From: a bacterium
Lineage (GTDB): Bacteria; Chloroflexota; Dormibacteria; Aeolococcales; Bog-877
DNA length: 64,000 bases
Direction of reading: 5' to 3'
Assembly (NCBI GenBank): GCA_021801645.1
Contig: JAJYXT010000078.1
Span: forward strand, 4,103 to 68,102
In this document: one piece after another, positions 16,542 to 25,210 of the stretch
Numbering within the stretch: position 1 is the stretch's first letter
Layout: each line of letters begins with the position of its first letter
The notes under the pieces: generated by a model
The model's database searches: none
The model's input: only the letters and a program-made list of their open reading frames with translations
Told to the model about the DNA's origin: nothing
Position numbers and translations under genes: made by a program

Positions 16542-18689
16542 GTGCGCGATCCCCTGCCCGCCGGCGTCCGCCCCGAGGTGGGACGCGAGGCCCCAGCCGA
16601 TCCCCTGGTCGATCCGGCCAACTACATCAACCGGGAGCTGAGCTGGCTGGACTTCGACTTTAGGGTCCTGGCCGAGGCGCGCGACCCCCGCGTCCCTCTG
16701 CTCGAGCGGCTCCGCTTCCTGGCCATCACCGCCAACAACCTCGACGAGTTCTACATGATCAGGGTGGCGTCCCTGCTGCGCCAGGTCGGCGAGCCGCTCC
16801 AGGCCAGCCACCCGGATCGGATGACGCCGAAGGAGCAGCTGGCGGCGATCCGGCGGCGGAGCTCGGAGCTGGCCGCGGCCCAGCTTCACTGCCTCAGCCG
16901 GGAGGTGGCCCCGGCGCTCGCGGAACAGGGCGTCCGGCTCATCCTGGGGGAGGAGGCGCTCTCCTCCGAGGAGCAGGCGCAGTGCTCGCGCTTCTTCGAG
17001 CGCCAGCTCTATCCCCTCCTCACCCCCCTGGCCATCGACCCCGCCCATCCCTTCCCCTATCTGAGCAACCTCTCCCTCTCAATCGGGGTGGTGCTGGACG
17101 ACCCCGACGACCCCGGCGCCCGGGTGGCGAGGGTCAAGGTGCCGTCCGCGGTGCCCCGGTTCTTCCGGGCCGGGCCCCAGGGTCCTTTCGTGCCCGTGGA
17201 GCGGATCATCGCCGAGCGGCTGGACCGCCTCTTCCCGGGGATGCGGATAGTGGCCCGGGGATATTTCCGGGTAACGCGCGACGCCGACTTCGACGTGGAC
17301 GAGGACGAACCCAACCTCCTCTCGGCCATCGAGGAGGAGCTTCGGGAACGCCGCTTCGGGGCGATCGTCCGGGTGGAGGCCGGGCCACGCCTGCCCGACG
17401 AGGTGGCCGCCATGCTGGAGGCCGAGCTGGGCATCGACGCGGGCGAGATCCAGGCGGTGGACGGCATCCTGGACCTCACCGGCCTGGCCCAGGTGATCGA
17501 GGCGGTCGACCGCCCCGACCTGGCCTACGCCGCCTTCAGCGGCACCACCCCACCCAGGCTGCTCAGCGTCCAGGACCAGGAACCGGACTTCTTCGCCGTC
17601 CTCCGCGCCGGGGACGTGCTGGTGCAGCATCCCTACGACTCCTTCGCCGCCACCACCGAGCGCTTCATCGAGCAGGCGGCCCGCGACCCCCGCGTCCTGG
17701 CCATCAAGCAGACCCTCTACCGCACCTCCGGGGATACGCCCCTCATCGGCGCCCTCACCCAGGCTGCGGAGGACGGCAAACAGGTGGTGGTCTTGGTCGA
17801 GATCAAGGCCCGCTTCGACGAGCAGAACAACATCCGCTGGGCGCGGCAGCTGGAGCAGGTGGGGGCCCACGTGGCCTATGGCGTCCCCGGCCTCAAGACC
17901 CACGCCAAGCTGGTGCTCGTGGTCCGCCAGGAGGAGGGCACGGTTCGCCAGTACGCCCACATCGGGACTGGTAACTACAACGCGGTCACGGCCCGGGTGT
18001 ACACCGACTTCGGCCTGCTCACGGCCCGCCGGGAGATCACCGAGGAGGTGGCGGACCTCTTCAACTACCTGACCGGATACTCGCGGAAGCACGACTACCG
18101 CCACCTCTGGGTGGCCCCGATCAACGTCGTGGAGCGCTTCGAGGCGCTGCTGGAGCGGGAGCTCGAGCACCTCCGCGCCGGCCGGCCCGCCGGGGTGCTG
18201 GGCAAGGTGAACGGACTGACCGACGAGCGGGCCATCTCGGCGATCTACCACGCCTCGGCCCAGGGGCTCCCGATCCGCCTTCTGGTGAGGGGCATATGCG
18301 CTCTGCGCCCGGGCATCCCGGATCTCAGCGAGACGGTCACGGTGCACAGCGTCATCGGTCGCTTCCTGGAGCACGGCCGCGCCTTCGTCTTCGAGAATGG
18401 CGGCTCTCCCGAGGTCTACATGGGCTCCGCCGACCTAATGGGCCGCAATCTCTACCGGCGCGTCGAATGCATGGTCCCGCTCCTGGACCCCTCCTGCCGG
18501 AGGGAGGTGCAGGAGGTACTGGAGCTCACCTGGGCCGACCGCCGGCAATCCTGGAAGCTGGAGTCGTCGGCCGTCTGGAGACGGCTCGACCCGGCCGGGG
18601 ATGCTCCGGGGATCCAGGAGCTGCTGATAGAGCGGGCCCGCTCCAGAGCGCCGCGCTGGGTCGGTGCCGGGGAGGCCGCCGATGGCTAG
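16542..18689 (+). CDS. ppk1: Polyphosphate kinase 1
   Basis: ORF 16542..18689. YINRELSWLDFDFRVLAEA, RFLAITANNLDEFYMIRV, HAKLVLVVR, GTGNYN. Confidence 0.95.
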   Translation: MRDPLPAGVRPEVGREAPADPLVDPANYINRELSWLDFDFRVLAEARDPRVPLLERLRFLAITANNLDEFYMIRVASLLRQVGEPLQASHPDRMTPKEQLAAIRRRSSELAAAQLHCLSREVAPALAEQGVRLILGEEALSSEEQAQCSRFFERQLYPLLTPLAIDPAHPFPYLSNLSLSIGVVLDDPDDPGARVARVKVPSAVPRFFRAGPQGPFVPVERIIAERLDRLFPGMRIVARGYFRVTRDADFDVDEDEPNLLSAIEEELRERRFGAIVRVEAGPRLPDEVAAMLEAELGIDAGEIQAVDGILDLTGLAQVIEAVDRPDLAYAAFSGTTPPRLLSVQDQEPDFFAVLRAGDVLVQHPYDSFAATTERFIEQAARDPRVLAIKQTLYRTSGDTPLIGALTQAAEDGKQVVVLVEIKARFDEQNNIRWARQLEQVGAHVAYGVPGLKTHAKLVLVVRQEEGTVRQYAHIGTGNYNAVTARVYTDFGLLTARREITEEVADLFNYLTGYSRKHDYRHLWVAPINVVERFEALLERELEHLRAGRPAGVLGKVNGLTDERAISAIYHASAQGLPIRLLVRGICALRPGIPDLSETVTVHSVIGRFLEHGRAFVFENGGSPEVYMGSADLMGRNLYRRVECMVPLLDPSCRREVQEVLELTWADRRQSWKLESSAVWRRLDPAGDAPGIQELLIERARSRAPRWVGAGEAADG

Positions 18690-19092
18690 CCCAGACGCCC
18701 TGTCCTTCATCTCCTACAACCATCGGGCCGTCCTGGCCACCTACCGCCGGGACGGCTCCGCCCAGCTGTCCCCGGTAGTGGCGGGGGTGGACGCGCAAGG
18801 CAGGGTGGTGGTCAGCAGCCGGGAGGGAGCGGTGAAGACGCTCAACGTGCGCCGCGATCCCCGGGTTGCGCTCACCGCCTTCACCGATCGGTTTTTCGGT
18901 CCCTGGGTGGTGGTGTGGGGTTCGGCGGAGGTGGTCTCCCTCCCGGGCGCCCTGCCCCTCCTGGAGGCCTACTACCGAGCGGTGGTGGGCGAGCACCCGA
19001 ACTGGGACGAGTATCGAGCCGCCATGGCCGCCGAGCACCGGGTCCTGCTGCGGATCACGGTGGAGCGGTCGGGGCCGGAGCGCTCGGGCTGA
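18682..19092 (+). CDS. PPOX-class (pyridoxamine 5'-phosphate oxidase-like, probably F420-dependent) protein
   Basis: In ORF 18664..19092. The ATG at 18682 overlaps the ppk stop (ATGGCTAG). Sequence: LATYRRDGSAQLSPVVAGVD...VRRDPRVAL. Confidence 0.7.
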   Translation: MASPDALSFISYNHRAVLATYRRDGSAQLSPVVAGVDAQGRVVVSSREGAVKTLNVRRDPRVALTAFTDRFFGPWVVVWGSAEVVSLPGALPLLEAYYRAVVGEHPNWDEYRAAMAAEHRVLLRITVERSGPERSG

Positions 19093-19133
19093 CCGCCCTG
19101 CCGGCGGAGCGGCTCCCAGCCGCCCTCGCCAAG

Positions 19134-19799
19134 GTGGGAGAGTTCGCCGCCGCCCGCGTGGCGCCGGGGATGCGTCTCGGGCTGGGCACGGGGCGCACCG
19201 CGTCGGCGTTCCTGGACGCCCTGGAGCCGCGGGTCCGCCAGGGGCTGGCGGTGTCGGCGGTCTGCACCTCTGAGGCCACGGAGCGGCGCGCCCTTGCGAT
19301 GGGCATCGCCATCCTCCCGGACACCGGGGAAGGGCTGGACCTGGACGTGGACGGCGCCGATGAGATCACCCTGGGGCTGGACCTGATCAAGGGAGCGGGC
19401 GGCGCCATGGTCCGCGAGAAGATCGTGGCCGAGCGGAGCCGCCGCTTCTGGGTGGTCGCCGACTCGAGCAAGCGGGTGGTACGGCTGGGCGAGCGGGCGG
19501 CGCTGCCGATAGAGGTGCTGCGATTCGACTGGCAGGGCACCCAGCGCCGGATCGAGGGTCTGTGCCGGCTCAGGACCAGGCTGCGCGGGGGTCAGGAGCC
19601 ATTCATCTCCGACAACGGCAACCTGGTGCTGGATGCGGACCTGGCCAGCTGCGCGCACCCTTGGCGCGACCTGGCCCAGAGGCTGGCAGAGGTGCCCGGG
19701 GTGGTCGGGCATGGCCTCTTTCTCGGCCTGGCTACGGCGGCCGTGATCTCGGACGGACGCGCGGTCGAGGTCCTTGGTGACCTGGAGGAGACCCGCTGA
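19134..19799 (+). CDS. rpiA: Ribose-5-phosphate isomerase A
   Basis: In ORF 18915..19799. GLGTGRTA, DGADEI, LIKGAGGAMVREK. The first canonical start is GTG 19134. Homology-like sequence (ERLPAALAK) extends back to a CTG at 19089. Confidence 0.85.
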   Translation: MGEFAAARVAPGMRLGLGTGRTASAFLDALEPRVRQGLAVSAVCTSEATERRALAMGIAILPDTGEGLDLDVDGADEITLGLDLIKGAGGAMVREKIVAERSRRFWVVADSSKRVVRLGERAALPIEVLRFDWQGTQRRIEGLCRLRTRLRGGQEPFISDNGNLVLDADLASCAHPWRDLAQRLAEVPGVVGHGLFLGLATAAVISDGRAVEVLGDLEETR

Positions 19800-19801
19800 A
19801 G

Positions 19802-20290
19802 TCAGCGCCGGCGGTTGAGCCCCAGGATCAGGGCCAGCGGGATCACCACCCCGAGGAACCCGGTCACCACGGCGATCCCGTTGGGGAGCTGCTTGGGGTT
19901 GGCCATGCCCACATAGGAGAAGAGGGCCGACAGGACGGCCACCGCCAGGATGATCACGATGGCCGCCACCAGGACCCAGGTTTCGTTCTCCTGGCGGCTG
20001 ACCACGAAGTCCGGCCAGCGATTGCGTACATACCGGTAGACGCTGAGACCGGTGAGGCTGTTGAGGATGAGGGCACTGACCACGGCGCTCACCGCCACTC
20101 CCCAGCGAAACGCGCCCAGCTGGGAGATGACCCAGGCCGAGAAGTTGACCACCAGCAGCCCCACCGGGGTGGCCAGCCCGATGAGAGGCAGGATGCAGGA
20201 GCGCCAGTCCCGAGGCAGAGGGATGTAGATCCCGTTCTGGGCTGGGGGGCGCCCCGGGCGACCCCTCCCCTCCGGCGAGCCTTCAGGCAT
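19802..20290 (-). CDS. Hypothetical membrane protein (4 predicted TM)
   Basis: ORF 19802..20302 (TTG); ATG alternative at 20290. Hydrophobic segments and high GC3. Confidence 0.6.
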   Translation of the reverse strand: MPEGSPEGRGRPGRPPAQNGIYIPLPRDWRSCILPLIGLATPVGLLVVNFSAWVISQLGAFRWGVAVSAVVSALILNSLTGLSVYRYVRNRWPDFVVSRQENETWVLVAAIVIILAVAVLSALFSYVGMANPKQLPNGIAVVTGFLGVVIPLALILGLNRRR

Positions 20291-20381
20291 CTCGTTCCTC
20301 AAATCCGCTCACGGCGGGAGCCGACCCTGGTGGCCATTGTGGGACAACCCTCGGGCCTTCCCGCATGATCGCAGCCGCGCC

Positions 20382-21563
20382 ATGAATCTGGTCGACCTGC
20401 TGATCGTCCTGGCCCTCGCCATCTCCGGGGTGGCGGGCTACCGGCGCGGGCTCTCCTTCTCGGTGCTGTCCATGGTGGGACTCCTGGGAGGACTCCTTCT
20501 CGGCTCCTGGGTGGCCACCCTGGTGCCGGCGCGACTGCACGGCTTCTCCAGCGCCGAGCGCACGGCGCTGGCCATCGCCGTGGTTCTGGCCATCGGCTTC
20601 CTGGGCAACGCCCTGGGCGGTCTCCTGGGGGCCAAATTGCGGCTCACTACCCTCCGGAGCCGGATCGGCGGTGGCCTGGACTCGCTGGCCGGACTGGCCT
20701 GGAACCTGATCATCACCCTGGCGGTCAGCTGGTACCTGGGCCTGATCTTCGCCGCGGGGCCGATACCGCAGCTCTCCACCCAGATTCAGGGCTCCTCCAT
20801 CCTCCGCGCCCTGGCGCGCGCCCTCCCCGCCGGACCGGCCTGGATGGGAGACCTCCAGCACCTGCTCAGCGCCGTGCCCTTTCCCGAGGTCTTCGCCACC
20901 CTGGTGCCGCCGCTGCCCGGCCCGGTGGTGATCCCCCAGGACCTGGCCGCCCACCCGCAGGTGGGCCAGGTCGCCGCGGAGACGGTGAAGGTGATCACCA
21001 GTGGCTGCGGTGGCCTCATCGAAGGGAGCGGCTTCCCCGTGAGCCCCCAGGTGGTGGTGACCAACGCCCACGTGGTCGCCGGCGGCCAGTCGGTCCAGGT
21101 CCAGGTCCCCGGGTCCGCGACTCCTCTGGCAGCGGAGGTGGTGTACTTCAATCCCCAGGTCGACCTGGCCCTCCTGCGGGTGCCGGCGCTTCACCTGCCC
21201 CCGCTCACCTTCAGCGAGACCGCTCCCCGTGGGGTCCAGGGCGCGGTCATCGGCTACCCCGAAGGCGGGCCGGAGCAGGTGGTCGGTGGTGCGGTCCGGG
21301 GCACGGTCGAGGCGGTGGGCCGCGATATCTACTCCCAGGGGCTGGTCTCTCGGCAGATCCTGGTGCTGCAGTCTGACGTCATCCCGGGAAACTCCGGCGG
21401 CCCCTTCGTCAACCTCTCCGGGCAGGTGCTGGGGATCGTGTTCGCCAAGTCACTGGTGACCACCGACGAGGGCTACGCACTCAGCGCCGCCGAGGTGTTG
21501 CCCGACATCTCCCACAACCTGGCCGACACGGCGCGCGCCGGCACCGGGTCCTGCGTCTCCTGA
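20382..21563 (+). CDS. CvpA-domain membrane protein fused to a trypsin-like serine protease (MarP-like)
   Basis: In ORF 20337..21563. ATG 20382 (MNLVDLLIVLALAISG). Protease motifs TNAHVV, DLALLRV, GNSGGP. Confidence 0.85.
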   Translation: MNLVDLLIVLALAISGVAGYRRGLSFSVLSMVGLLGGLLLGSWVATLVPARLHGFSSAERTALAIAVVLAIGFLGNALGGLLGAKLRLTTLRSRIGGGLDSLAGLAWNLIITLAVSWYLGLIFAAGPIPQLSTQIQGSSILRALARALPAGPAWMGDLQHLLSAVPFPEVFATLVPPLPGPVVIPQDLAAHPQVGQVAAETVKVITSGCGGLIEGSGFPVSPQVVVTNAHVVAGGQSVQVQVPGSATPLAAEVVYFNPQVDLALLRVPALHLPPLTFSETAPRGVQGAVIGYPEGGPEQVVGGAVRGTVEAVGRDIYSQGLVSRQILVLQSDVIPGNSGGPFVNLSGQVLGIVFAKSLVTTDEGYALSAAEVLPDISHNLADTARAGTGSCVS

Positions 21564-21564
21564 T

Positions 21565-21599
21565 TTTACTTAGGCGCTCTAATTAGGTAGACTAACTAT
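21565..21599 (+). promoter_or_regulatory. Candidate promoter (TTTACT-17-TAGACT) with tandem TTAGG-N4-CTAA repeats, directly abutting the MarR GTG (leaderless layout)
   Basis: The only AT-rich patch in the area. TTTACT at 21565-21570, TAGACT at 21588-21593, GTG at 21600. Repeats TTAGGCGCTCTAA (21570-21582) and TTAGGTAGACTAA (21583-21595). Confidence 0.45.
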
Positions 21600-22061
21600 G
21601 TGAGCGCGTTGGCGGCCCGAGATCGCGGAGCGGAGGCGGTGGGCGCGGAGCTGGGGGAGCGGCTCCCGGGGATAGTCAGCCGGCTCTCGAGGGGACTTCG
21701 CCAGGCGCACGACCCGATCGGCCTCAGGCCGGGGGAGTTTCCAGTCCTCTCGTTCCTCCTGAAGCGGCCTGGCGCGACGGTCTCGGAGCTGGCCCAGGCC
21801 GAAGGGGTTCGAACACCCTCGATGACCGCCCTCCTGGCGCAGATGGAAGCGGGGGGCCTCATCTCCAAAGCGGGCGACCAATCCGACCGCCGGTGTGTCC
21901 GGATAGGGCTCACGGTACGGGGGGAGGAGCTGGCCAGAGCCGCCGTCGCCACCCGGCAGGCATGGTTCGCGGCCCGGCTCGCCCGCCTCTCCAGGGCCCA
22001 GATCGTGGCCCTCGACCGGGCGATGGAGGCGCTGGAGCGGCTCAGCGAGGTGGAGCTATGA
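21600..22061 (+). CDS. MarR-family transcriptional regulator
   Basis: ORF 21600..22061 (GTG). Winged-helix region VSELAQAEGVRTPSMTALLAQMEAGGLISKAGDQSDRR. Confidence 0.85.
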   Translation: MSALAARDRGAEAVGAELGERLPGIVSRLSRGLRQAHDPIGLRPGEFPVLSFLLKRPGATVSELAQAEGVRTPSMTALLAQMEAGGLISKAGDQSDRRCVRIGLTVRGEELARAAVATRQAWFAARLARLSRAQIVALDRAMEALERLSEVEL

Positions 22062-23347
22062 TCCGCGCACCCCTGGCCATCACCCAGCGCACCTTCCAGG
22101 CGCTGTCGACGCGCAACTACCGGCTGTTCTTTGGCGGGCAGCTGATCTCGGTGACCGGCAGCTGGCTGCAGTCCACGGCCCAGGCCTGGTTGATCCTGCA
22201 ACTCACCCACTCGGCCTTCATGCTCGGCCTTCTGGTCATGGTCCAGTTCCTGCCCAATCTGCTCCTCCAGCCTTTCGGCGGTGTGATCGCCGACCGCTTC
22301 CCCAAGCGCCGAATGCTGATCGCCACCCAGAGCTCGTTCGCCCTGGTGGCCGGGGCCCTGGGGATCCTGGTCGGTCTGCACCTGGTGCAGACCTGGGAGG
22401 TGTTCCTGGTGGTGTCGGCCTTCGGGCTCATCAACGTGGTGGATGGGCCGACCCGGCAGGCCTTCGTCCCCGAGATGGTGGGCGGCGATCAGCTCCCCAA
22501 CGCGGTCGCCCTGAACTCCACGGTGTTCAACGGAGCCCGGGTGGTCGGCCCGGCCGTGGGCGGGATCCTCATCGCCACGGTGGGCACTGCCCTCTGCTTC
22601 GATCTGAACGCCATCTCCTACCTGGCCGTGATTGGAGCTCTCTGGCTGATGCGGCCCCGGGAGCTGCACCTGAGCCGCCGACCCCGGTCGACCGAGGGCG
22701 CCCTGGCCCAGGTCCGGGAGGGCGCGGCATTCGCACGGCGCACTCCAGAGGTGCTGATGGTGATCCTTCTCATGCTGGTGGTGGGGACCTTCTCCTACAA
22801 CCTCTCGGTGATGGTCCCGGCACTGGCTCGCAACGGCCTCCATGTGGGCGCCACCGGCTTCGGGCTGCTCTCGGCGTCCCTGGGCGTGGGGGCTCTTGTG
22901 GGAGCGCTGGGGGTCGCCTACGCGGGCCGCGCGGCGGTGCCGGCTCTGCTGGCGGGCTGTGCCGTGTTCGGGATCTTCCTCGCCGGTGCCGGGCAGATGG
23001 ACGGCATCGTTCCGGCCATGGCGCTGCTGGCGGTGGCCGGGTCGGGGATGATCGTCTACTCGGCAATGTCCAACAGCATCATCCAGCTGCACACCCCGGC
23101 CCACCTGCGCGGTCGGGTGATGGCGCTGTACCTCTGGGTCTTCCTGGGCAGCACCCCGATCGGCAGCCCCCTGGCGGGCTGGCTGGAGCAGAACTTAGGC
23201 AGCCGGGCGACACTGGCGCTGGCTGGGTTGGTGGCCCTCCTGACCGCCGTCGTCGGCGCCGCCTTCTGGGCCCGGCGCCGTCCCCGCGGCGACTACTCCT
23301 CCTCGGCCGGCTCTCCGGGCAAGCTGGCGGACGTCCCCACGGCGTGA
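22058..23347 (+). CDS. MFS transporter (EntS/MFS_3-like efflux pump)
   Basis: In ORF 21893..23347. The ATG at 22058 overlaps the MarR stop (ATGA). 12-TM-like profile. Sequence: FGGVIADRFPKRRML. Confidence 0.85.
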   Translation: MIRAPLAITQRTFQALSTRNYRLFFGGQLISVTGSWLQSTAQAWLILQLTHSAFMLGLLVMVQFLPNLLLQPFGGVIADRFPKRRMLIATQSSFALVAGALGILVGLHLVQTWEVFLVVSAFGLINVVDGPTRQAFVPEMVGGDQLPNAVALNSTVFNGARVVGPAVGGILIATVGTALCFDLNAISYLAVIGALWLMRPRELHLSRRPRSTEGALAQVREGAAFARRTPEVLMVILLMLVVGTFSYNLSVMVPALARNGLHVGATGFGLLSASLGVGALVGALGVAYAGRAAVPALLAGCAVFGIFLAGAGQMDGIVPAMALLAVAGSGMIVYSAMSNSIIQLHTPAHLRGRVMALYLWVFLGSTPIGSPLAGWLEQNLGSRATLALAGLVALLTAVVGAAFWARRRPRGDYSSSAGSPGKLADVPTA

Positions 23348-24096
23348 TATCCGCCGTCCACATGGACGATCTCGCCAGTGGTGGCGCTGAAGTAGTCGGA
23401 TAGCAGAGCGACCACGGCCCTGCCGACCGGACCGGGGTCCCGGGCGTCCCACCCCAGCGGGGCCTGCCGCTCAAAGGCCCTGGGGAACTCTGAGAATCCG
23501 GGTATGCCCTTGGCGGCCACCGTGTAGGTGGGGCCGGCGGAGACGGCGTTGACGCGGACCCGGCGGGGTCCCAGGTACTGGGCCAGGTAGCGGACCACGG
23601 ACTCCAGGGCCGCCTTGGAGACCCCCATCCAGTCGTACCCGGGCCAGGCCTGGGTGGCGTCGAAGTCCAGGGTCACGACGGAGGCGCCGCTGGGGTTGAG
23701 CAACGGCAGGAGCGAGACCACCAGCTGGCGGAGGGAGTATGCCGAGATGCGCAGCGCCGTGGCCGCCGACTCCCAGGGGGTGTTCAGGAAGGCGCCACCC
23801 AGGGCGTCCGCGGGAGCGAATGCCACCCCGTGGACGATCCCGTCCAGCTGCCACTCGCGCCTCGCCAGCTCCAGGGCCAGCCGCTCGAAGTCCGCGTCCA
23901 GGGAGACATCCAGCTCCAAGACGTCGGGCACCGGGTCCAGGCGCTGGGCGCTCCGCTCGGTGAGCCGCATCGGCCTCCCGAAGGAGGTGAGAATCACCTC
24001 GGCCCCGTCCTCCTGGGCCTGCCGGGCGACGGCGAAAGGCAGGGAGGCCGGGGTGAGCACCCCGGTGACCAGAATCCGCTTACCTTGGAGCAGCAT
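23293..24096 (-). CDS. fabI: Enoyl-[acyl-carrier-protein] reductase (NADH), FabI/InhA type
   Basis: In ORF 23293..24174. ATG 24096 (MLLQGKRILVTGV). SDR Tyr/Lys context ISAYSL...MGVSKAALES. Confidence 0.9.
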   Translation of the reverse strand: MLLQGKRILVTGVLTPASLPFAVARQAQEDGAEVILTSFGRPMRLTERSAQRLDPVPDVLELDVSLDADFERLALELARREWQLDGIVHGVAFAPADALGGAFLNTPWESAATALRISAYSLRQLVVSLLPLLNPSGASVVTLDFDATQAWPGYDWMGVSKAALESVVRYLAQYLGPRRVRVNAVSAGPTYTVAAKGIPGFSEFPRAFERQAPLGWDARDPGPVGRAVVALLSDYFSATTGEIVHVDGGYHAVGTSASLPGEPAEEE

Positions 24097-24158
24097 CGGG
24101 CCGTAGGTTACCGGCTCGGGGGCGGAGTTGGCTCGAGGGGCTCGCCGCCGGGGTCGGC

Positions 24159-24172
24159 TACAATCCCCGCAC
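24159..24172 (+). promoter_or_regulatory. -10-like TACAAT 8 nt upstream of the LCP ATG (possible leaderless start)
   Basis: TACAAT at 24159-24164, ATG at 24173. No clear -35 element. Confidence 0.3.
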
Positions 24173-25210
24173 ATGGCCGCCGGGACCAGGCCTAGGCGCC
24201 GCCGCGCCGGGCTCTCGACCCACCGATCGTCCTTCTCATGGGGCCGGCACCCAGCCCTGCTGGCGTTCCTCCTCCTTGTCGGCTTCGGCGTGTCCGGGGT
24301 GAGCGGGGCGGTCGCCTACTTCCTGCCGGCGGTCACCACGGCGCTGCATGTCACCGGCCAGAAGACGACCGGACACGGGGGCAAGGCGACCCACCCGGGT
24401 GCTACGGTCACCCCCCCCCCGCCGGGACAGCCGTTCACGGTCCTCCTTCTGGGATCCGACAACGACACCAAGTTCTCGCCCGGCAGCGTTCTGACCCAGA
24501 CCATGATCCTGGTGCGGGTCGACCCCGCCACCCACCATGCGGTGATGCTGTCCATCCCCCGGGACCTCTGGGTGCCCCTCTCCACCGGCGGCAGCGCCAA
24601 GATCGACGCGGCCTACTCCTACGGCGGGGCGGCCGCGGCGATCCAGACGGTGGAGAACAACTTCAACGTCACCGTCAACTACTGGGCGTGGATCGGCCTC
24701 GGGGGGCTGGTGGGCCTGGTGAACCAGCTGGGCGGGGTGGACTTACTCGCGCAGATGCCCATCCTGGACGTCCAGTACCCCTATGACCTCACCGGCAGCA
24801 ACCCGTACGCCAACCAGCGGATCGCCATCCTCCCCGGCCCCCAACGGCTGGACGGGGTGAACGCCCTCACCTATGTGCGCTCCCGCCACGGTGACATCCT
24901 GGAGGACATCGCCCGGGGCCAGAAGCAGCAGCAGCTGCTGGTGGACATCAAGGACACCGCCAAGCTGATGAACCTCGCCGACATCCCCCGGATCGCCAGC
25001 AGCCTGGCCGGTGAGGTGCGCACCAACCTCAGCCTCACCCAGATCAGCTCGGTGACCGCGCTGGCCCACGACTTCAGCAACGGAGACGTCACCCAGATCG
25101 TGATGCTGGGAAGCGACTACCACAGCGCGGTCATCAACGGGCAGGACGCCCTGCTGCCCAACTGGCCCGCGATCAACTCCCTGATCGCCCAGAACTTCCC
25201 CCCGGGATGA
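24173..25210 (+). CDS. LytR-CpsA-Psr (LCP) family cell-envelope phosphotransferase
   Basis: In ORF 24128..25210. N-terminal TM, then LLLGSDND, MILVRVDP, SIPRDLWV. The start is ATG 24173 or GTG 24128. Confidence 0.85.
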   Translation: MAAGTRPRRRRAGLSTHRSSFSWGRHPALLAFLLLVGFGVSGVSGAVAYFLPAVTTALHVTGQKTTGHGGKATHPGATVTPPPPGQPFTVLLLGSDNDTKFSPGSVLTQTMILVRVDPATHHAVMLSIPRDLWVPLSTGGSAKIDAAYSYGGAAAAIQTVENNFNVTVNYWAWIGLGGLVGLVNQLGGVDLLAQMPILDVQYPYDLTGSNPYANQRIAILPGPQRLDGVNALTYVRSRHGDILEDIARGQKQQQLLVDIKDTAKLMNLADIPRIASSLAGEVRTNLSLTQISSVTALAHDFSNGDVTQIVMLGSDYHSAVINGQDALLPNWPAINSLIAQNFPPG

